A stretch of 64,000 nucleotides of DNA from an uncultured Aliarcobacter sp. (GTDB taxonomy: Bacteria; Campylobacterota; Campylobacteria; Campylobacterales; Arcobacteraceae): NCBI GenBank assembly GCA_963677435.1, contig OY781945.1:2752001-2816000 (forward strand), written 5' to 3'. A program made the position numbers and the translations under genes. Below the pieces are notes generated by a model. It saw only the letters and a program-made list of their open reading frames with translations. It made no database searches and was not told the DNA's origin. Below, piece by piece: positions 59,772 to 64,000 of this stretch (its first letter is position 1; every line of letters starts with the position of its first letter).

Positions 59772-60158
59772 TTTTATATTTCTACTTAAAAAAGATACCA
59801 TATCTTTATTTACTAAACTTAGTGCACTTTTTTCTACTCTTTCATTTTTACTAAATTTTATTAGAGTATTTGTATAGTGTTCAATTTTATCACTTAATTT
59901 TCTATCATTGATTAATAATACAATTTTTGCAGATGTTTTTTTAATCTCTCTTAATTGAAGTTCAATATTTGAAGAATCAGTTGATAAAATATCTTCTGTT
60001 AATTTTGAAAATAGTTCTAACTTAGTATTTCTAAGCCATTTATTTTGTTCAATTTTATTATTGATTTTAGAAGAGATTAATGTATCTACTATTTTTGTGG
60101 CAACGGCACCAACCAAAGCACTTTTTGCAACTGCTGTTAAAAGTGTAACATTCAACAT
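59766..60158 (-). CDS. Hypothetical protein with hydrophobic N-terminus
   Basis: 130-aa ORF with an AAGGA RBS. Confidence 0.7.
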   Translation of the reverse strand: MLNVTLLTAVAKSALVGAVATKIVDTLISSKINNKIEQNKWLRNTKLELFSKLTEDILSTDSSNIELQLREIKKTSAKIVLLINDRKLSDKIEHYTNTLIKFSKNERVEKSALSLVNKDMVSFLSRNIKL

Positions 60159-60214
60159 AAAAATCCTTTTAATTTTTTTTGATTATATGTATAAAATACT
60201 TAATTTAGATTTAA

Positions 60215-60271
60215 AATGATAATTACAATCAATATTCTTTAAGATAACTAATGATAATATTCTTTATCAAT
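60215..60271. promoter_or_regulatory. Tandem Fur-box-like sites
   Basis: AATGATAATTACAATCAAT (60215-60233) and AATGATAATATTCTTTATCAAT (60250-60271). Confidence 0.65.
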
Positions 60272-60284
60272 AAAAGGAGATACT

Positions 60285-60428
60285 TTGAAAGAGTTATTAA
60301 GTCAAAAAGATATTACAAATTCATCGTTATATAAAAGAAATGTTAAAATCCATAACAACTTATGGAAATTATATGGTCTTACTCTTTCATTAGGAATCGT
60401 CTTTATTTTCATAAAAGGCTTAAACTAA
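60285..60428 (+). CDS. 47-aa single-TM small protein, translationally coupled to the Fur paralog (absent from the ORF track)
   Basis: AAGGAG RBS, TTG start, MKELLSQKDITNSSLYKRNVKIHNNLWKLYGLTLSLGIVFIFIKGLN, TAATG stop/start overlap. Confidence 0.7.
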   Translation: MKELLSQKDITNSSLYKRNVKIHNNLWKLYGLTLSLGIVFIFIKGLN

Positions 60429-60880
60429 TGGAAACTACACAAGATATTTCATTTAATATTTTTCTAAAAAATTTTAAAAACAATGTTTCTAAAATAGGTT
60501 TAAAAAATTCAATACAAAAAGATTATATTTTAAAAATTTTATATTTTTCAAAAGACCACTTAACTGCTGAAGAAATTTCAACTAAAATCAAAACAAATTA
60601 CAATGTATCAATAGGAATTGCAACTGTTTATAGAGCAATGAAATTTTTCCATGATATGAAATTAGTAAATCAATTGGACATAGGAGATGGGATAGTAAGA
60701 TATGAACTAAATTTAGCTGAACATCATGACCATTTAATCTGTACTTCTTGTGGGAAAATTATTGAGTTTACAGATGATTTGATTGAATTAAATCAAATTA
60801 AAATTGCAGAAAAAAATAATTTTATATTAAAAGAACATGTTATGAATATTTACGGAACTTGCGAGAGATGCCAAAACTAA
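60428..60880 (+). CDS. Fur-family transcriptional regulator (paralog)
   Basis: HLTAEEI, GIATVYR, HHDHLICTSCGKIIEF, GTCERC. True start likely ATG 60428 rather than 60362. Confidence 0.92.
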   Translation: METTQDISFNIFLKNFKNNVSKIGLKNSIQKDYILKILYFSKDHLTAEEISTKIKTNYNVSIGIATVYRAMKFFHDMKLVNQLDIGDGIVRYELNLAEHHDHLICTSCGKIIEFTDDLIELNQIKIAEKNNFILKEHVMNIYGTCERCQN

Positions 60881-60899
60881 GTGATAATGAGTTTTAATT
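60881..60899. promoter_or_regulatory. Fur-box-like site before the fez-like structural genes
   Basis: GTGATAATGAGTTTTAATT immediately after the fur stop. Confidence 0.45.
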
Positions 60900-60957
60900 T
60901 TTAATAAGTAGAAGTTAAGAAAAACTAAGAAAAAATACTAGTAATGAAAGGATTATT

Positions 60958-61272
60958 TTGATTAGTACAGAAGATATAATAAAAATAGCTAGTTTTTTTT
61001 CAATAATTGCACACACTCCAGGAAGATTAAGAGTTAGGGTAAATCCAAAAATCAAAGATGAAAGTGGAAATATTTCCCTAAGTGATATTGAAAACTTACC
61101 TAATAAAATAGATGGAATAATTAATATAAAAATAAATAAAATTATTGCCTCTGTTACAATTACATATGAACCAACTATTTTTAAACCAAAACATTGGGAA
61201 GATTTAATAAAAAATGAAAATATAGAAGAGTTATCTATATTAATAAATAGACTTGCAAAAGAGGTGGTTTAA
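60958..61272 (+). CDS. HMA2-like domain protein (ferrosome accessory)
   Basis: IAHTPGRLRVR Arg-rich motif and SVTITYEP, typical of Cys-less HMA-like domains. Confidence 0.75.
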   Translation: MISTEDIIKIASFFSIIAHTPGRLRVRVNPKIKDESGNISLSDIENLPNKIDGIINIKINKIIASVTITYEPTIFKPKHWEDLIKNENIEELSILINRLAKEVV

Positions 61273-61958
61273 TGGAAGAAAATATTGATGAGGCACTATT
61301 AATATCAGCAAGAGTTGATGTTAATAGTCAAATTCCTATTAACTCTCAGATTCTTAGAATTGCTGTTTATGATGAATTTAAAGCTTATGAAACTTATACA
61401 AAAATAATTGAAAAATTTGGGTTAGTACAACCTTTTGTAAATATAAAAGAAGCAGAAGCAATTCATTATGCTGCACTTATAAATTTGATGGAAAAATATG
61501 GTGTTGAAGTTCCTATAAATAATTGGGCTTCAAAAATTGAAATCCCAAATACAATAATAGAATGTTGTGAAATGGGCGTTGCAGCTGAAATAAATAACAT
61601 TGCTATGTACAATAATTTACTTAGTTTTGCTGTAGAGAATGATATAAAAGATACACTTTTTAGACTTCAAGCAGCCTCTTTTAATAATCATTTACCTGCA
61701 TTTAGAAATTGTGTTTTAAGTCATTACACTAATGGAAATAATACAAATATTAATCAAGAAAATATTATGGAAAAATTTGGTGAATATCAAGTTATTTTAG
61801 ATGATATTATGAGTGGAAATGTTGATGAGAGCTCAATCTCAAAAATATTTTCAAAATTAAATCTAAATATGCTCAGTGGTGCTGCTGTTGGTGCTGCTAC
61901 TATTGCACTTTTAAATAATTACCTTTCAAAAAAAACTATTAAAGAAGAAGAGGAGTAA
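61272..61958 (+). CDS. Ferritin-like (DUF2202/rubrerythrin-like) protein with C-terminal GxxxG helix
   Basis: YDEFKA, EAIH, AEINN, FNNH di-iron-type ligands; LSGAAVGAA tail. Confidence 0.8.
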   Translation: MEENIDEALLISARVDVNSQIPINSQILRIAVYDEFKAYETYTKIIEKFGLVQPFVNIKEAEAIHYAALINLMEKYGVEVPINNWASKIEIPNTIIECCEMGVAAEINNIAMYNNLLSFAVENDIKDTLFRLQAASFNNHLPAFRNCVLSHYTNGNNTNINQENIMEKFGEYQVILDDIMSGNVDESSISKIFSKLNLNMLSGAAVGAATIALLNNYLSKKTIKEEEE

Positions 61959-61961
61959 AAG

Positions 61962-62192
61962 ATGCCTTTACCATTTATATTAGGTTTAGCTGTAGGTGCT
62001 GGTGCTGTTATTGCTTTTAAAAATAAAGATAAATTAAAAGAAAAAACTTCTAAGATATTAAAAAAATCAAAAGATTTCGCAAATACAACTCTAGATAAAA
62101 CAAAAGAAAATGTAAGTGAAATCAAAGAGACAATTTGTGCTACAAAAGAGTGTATTGAAGATAAAAAAAAACAAAGAGCTAAGGAAGAATAA
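61962..62192 (+). CDS. Small YtxH/FezA-like GxxxG membrane protein
   Basis: MPLPFILGLAVGAGAV followed by a charged helix. Confidence 0.75.
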   Translation: MPLPFILGLAVGAGAVIAFKNKDKLKEKTSKILKKSKDFANTTLDKTKENVSEIKETICATKECIEDKKKQRAKEE

Positions 62193-62551
62193 TGAAAGAA
62201 ATAACTATTGATACAGGAACTCCAAGAAATGTATTAGGACATGTAATTAGTGGTGCAGTTGCTAGTGCTATTATTAGTGGTGCAATTAATTATAAAAAAG
62301 CACAAAGTAGACAAATTACAAAAAAAGATGCAATAAAAGACACTATTAAAAAAACTTCACAAGGTGCTATTGTAACTGGAAGTGCAATTGCAACTGCTAA
62401 TTATTTAGGTCAAAAAGGTGGATTATTTAAAGCTTTAACAGCTGCTAGTATTGGAATGATGGGAGTTTATGCTATTGAAGTAATAGAAGAAAAACTTGAT
62501 CAAAAATATTTAACAAATGAAAATTGTCCAGTGGAAGAAGATTATGAATAA
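62192..62551 (+). CDS. Gly/Ala-rich membrane protein (ferrosome accessory)
   Basis: SGAVASAIISG, QGAIVTG and IGMMG small-xxx-small helices; overlaps both neighbours. Confidence 0.72.
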   Translation: MKEITIDTGTPRNVLGHVISGAVASAIISGAINYKKAQSRQITKKDAIKDTIKKTSQGAIVTGSAIATANYLGQKGGLFKALTAASIGMMGVYAIEVIEEKLDQKYLTNENCPVEEDYE

Positions 62552-62912
62552 TCAAAATACTCCTAATCCTCAAACTAAAACACAATATGATATAAATATT
62601 GAAAATAGTAGACCTAAAAACAATCAAACTGGTGTTAATATAAATCAAAATCCTTATATAAACCAAAACTTTAATCCTTTACAAAATCCACAACAAGCAA
62701 TGCCAACTCAAAGTGGATTTAATAATGGTGATTTTATAAAAGGTGCTTTACTTGGGGCTGCATTAACATATTTTCTTACAAATAAAAATGCTCAAGATGG
62801 TTTATTTAAAGCTTTTGGAAAAGGAAGTGAACTTTTTAGCGCAGGAATTGAAGAACTAAAAGAGAGATACGAAGATGCAAAAGCTCAAATGCAAGCACAA
62901 CAAGAACAATAA
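62544..62912 (+). CDS. YtxH/FezA-like protein with N/Q/P-rich N-terminus
   Basis: ATG 62544 overlaps the upstream gene end; FIKGALLGAALTYFL; EELKERYEDAKA tail. Confidence 0.75.
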   Translation: MNNQNTPNPQTKTQYDINIENSRPKNNQTGVNINQNPYINQNFNPLQNPQQAMPTQSGFNNGDFIKGALLGAALTYFLTNKNAQDGLFKAFGKGSELFSAGIEELKERYEDAKAQMQAQQEQ

Positions 62913-62914
62913 AA

Positions 62915-64000
62915 ATGAAAAACAAATTTATAAAAGTACATCAAACTGCTTTTAGAGTTCGATATAAACTCTTTTTATTAAAAGAGAAATTTATTGATGA
63001 AGAGATTTTACAAAACTATTTTAAAAAAATAGATGATATTAAAAGTATTAGAATAAATAAACAAGCTTTTAGTATTATTTTTGAACTAAAAAATGATATT
63101 ACAACTAAAATTGAAGAGATTTTAAACACTCTTACCGTTGAAGAGTTATTAAAATCTTGCCAAGAAGAAGTTGCAGCTGTTTGTGTATCTTGTGTAAGTA
63201 GTGAAAAACCATCATTAAAAGGAATTGTAAGAGCTAGTAGTGCTTTAGTTGCAGAAAGATTTATTACAAATAATGCACTAAAAGCTGGAATTACTACAGC
63301 TGCATCTGTACCTTTATTGATTGAGGGTTCAAAAGAGTTATTAAAAGAGGGATTAACTTCAAAAGTTTTAGAAAGTGCAGCTGTTGCTATTTCAATATAT
63401 AGAAAAGATTATTTAGCTGCAAACTCTACAAATGCAATGCTTGAACTTGGTGAATATATTGAAGAAACAACTGTTCACAAAAGTGATGATTTACTAAAAG
63501 AACTTTCAAAACCAAATGTTGAAGAAGCTTGGGTAGAAAAAAAGGTTGATGATAAAATCACAGAAATATTAGTAAAAAGTTCTGAAATCAAAGTTGGCGA
63601 TATTGTCGTTGTTGGAATTGGAAATACTATTCCAGTTGATGGACATATTGTTGAGGGAACGGGAAGCGTAAATCAAGTTTCAATGACAGGAGAAGCTGAA
63701 CCTGTAATAAAATATAGAGGTGATAGAGTTATTTCTGGAACAATTGTTGAAGAGGGAAGATTTAGAATTTGGGCTGAACATGTGGGTTCTGATACGGCAA
63801 CTCAAAGAATCAAACACTACATAGAAAACTCTTTAAATGAAAAATCATCAGTTCAACTAAAAGCAAACAAATTAGCAAATAAACTTGTTCCTGTAACACT
63901 AGGACTAGCTGGTGTTTCATATATTTTTGCAAAAGATTTTGAAAGGGTTGCTTCTATTTTACAAGCTGATTATTCATGTGCTTTAAAACTTGCAACTCCA
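62915..64000 (+). CDS. fezB: P1B-6-type heavy-metal P-type ATPase (FezB-like), partial
   Basis: Manual translation: N-terminal HQTAFRVRYK, LELGEYIEE (ExxE), IPVDG, SMTGE at 63680, and ADYSCALKLATP at 63965-64000. Confidence 0.85.
   Translation, partial: MKNKFIKVHQTAFRVRYKLFLLKEKFIDEEILQNYFKKIDDIKSIRINKQAFSIIFELKNDITTKIEEILNTLTVEELLKSCQEEVAAVCVSCVSSEKPSLKGIVRASSALVAERFITNNALKAGITTAASVPLLIEGSKELLKEGLTSKVLESAAVAISIYRKDYLAANSTNAMLELGEYIEETTVHKSDDLLKELSKPNVEEAWVEKKVDDKITEILVKSSEIKVGDIVVVGIGNTIPVDGHIVEGTGSVNQVSMTGEAEPVIKYRGDRVISGTIVEEGRFRIWAEHVGSDTATQRIKHYIENSLNEKSSVQLKANKLANKLVPVTLGLAGVSYIFAKDFERVASILQADYSCALKLATP

Noticed and set aside
60362..60427. N-terminal extension of Fur given in the ORF track
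   Set aside because: No RBS; the stretch is better explained by the 47-aa ORF in another frame coupled to ATG 60428.
3700..62666. Short ORF-track entries antisense to or nested in long genes (e.g. 3700-4080, 8724-9131, 22707-23039, 33761-34258, 48090-48590, 57102-57356, 58949-59263, 62472-62666)
   Set aside because: They overlap well-supported genes, have shadow-frame composition and show no recognisable motifs.
61962..62912. Magnetosome gene cluster, suggested by the Gly-rich small membrane proteins
   Set aside because: No core mam genes in the window; the DYSC-type ATPase context points to ferrosomes.
1..64000. rRNA, tRNA, prophage or integrase genes
   Set aside because: No GC-rich structured RNA segments or phage/recombinase motifs were seen; the window is almost fully explained by CDSs.

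Overview
This is a very AT-rich chromosomal window whose gene content fits Campylobacterota, most likely Arcobacteraceae (inferred, no database search). 1-25 kb holds housekeeping and signalling genes: cheW, xseA, a UbiE/MenG methyltransferase, a ParA-like ATPase, ymdB, PAS kinases, a CZB chemoreceptor, a Spy/CpxP protein with its two-component system, a diguanylate cyclase, cowN and mfd. It also holds a frameshifted defence-like gene and a candidate anti-SD sRNA. 25.6-31.2 kb is a phosphate-starvation locus: phoX and a diheme partner, divergent from an OlsF-like ornithine-lipid acyltransferase, with back-to-back Pho-box promoters. 31-60 kb is an iron-acquisition region with four TonB-dependent receptors, three PepSY_TM proteins, a PiuC-like hydroxylase, fumC and about ten Fur-box-like sites. 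Main highlights: (i) a 50-aa HemP/HmuP gene missing from the ORF track, plus a ~42-bp TAGCCAGC direct-repeat element shared by the 5' leaders of two receptor genes, suggesting a HmuP-type post-transcriptional regulon; (ii) a ferrosome-like (fez) operon at 60.3-64 kb, with a DYSC-type P1B-6 ATPase, ferritin-like, HMA-like and GxxxG proteins, headed by its own Fur paralog and a coupled small membrane peptide; (iii) an apparently catalytically dead IS1595-derived gene. No rRNA, tRNA or CRISPR array was seen.
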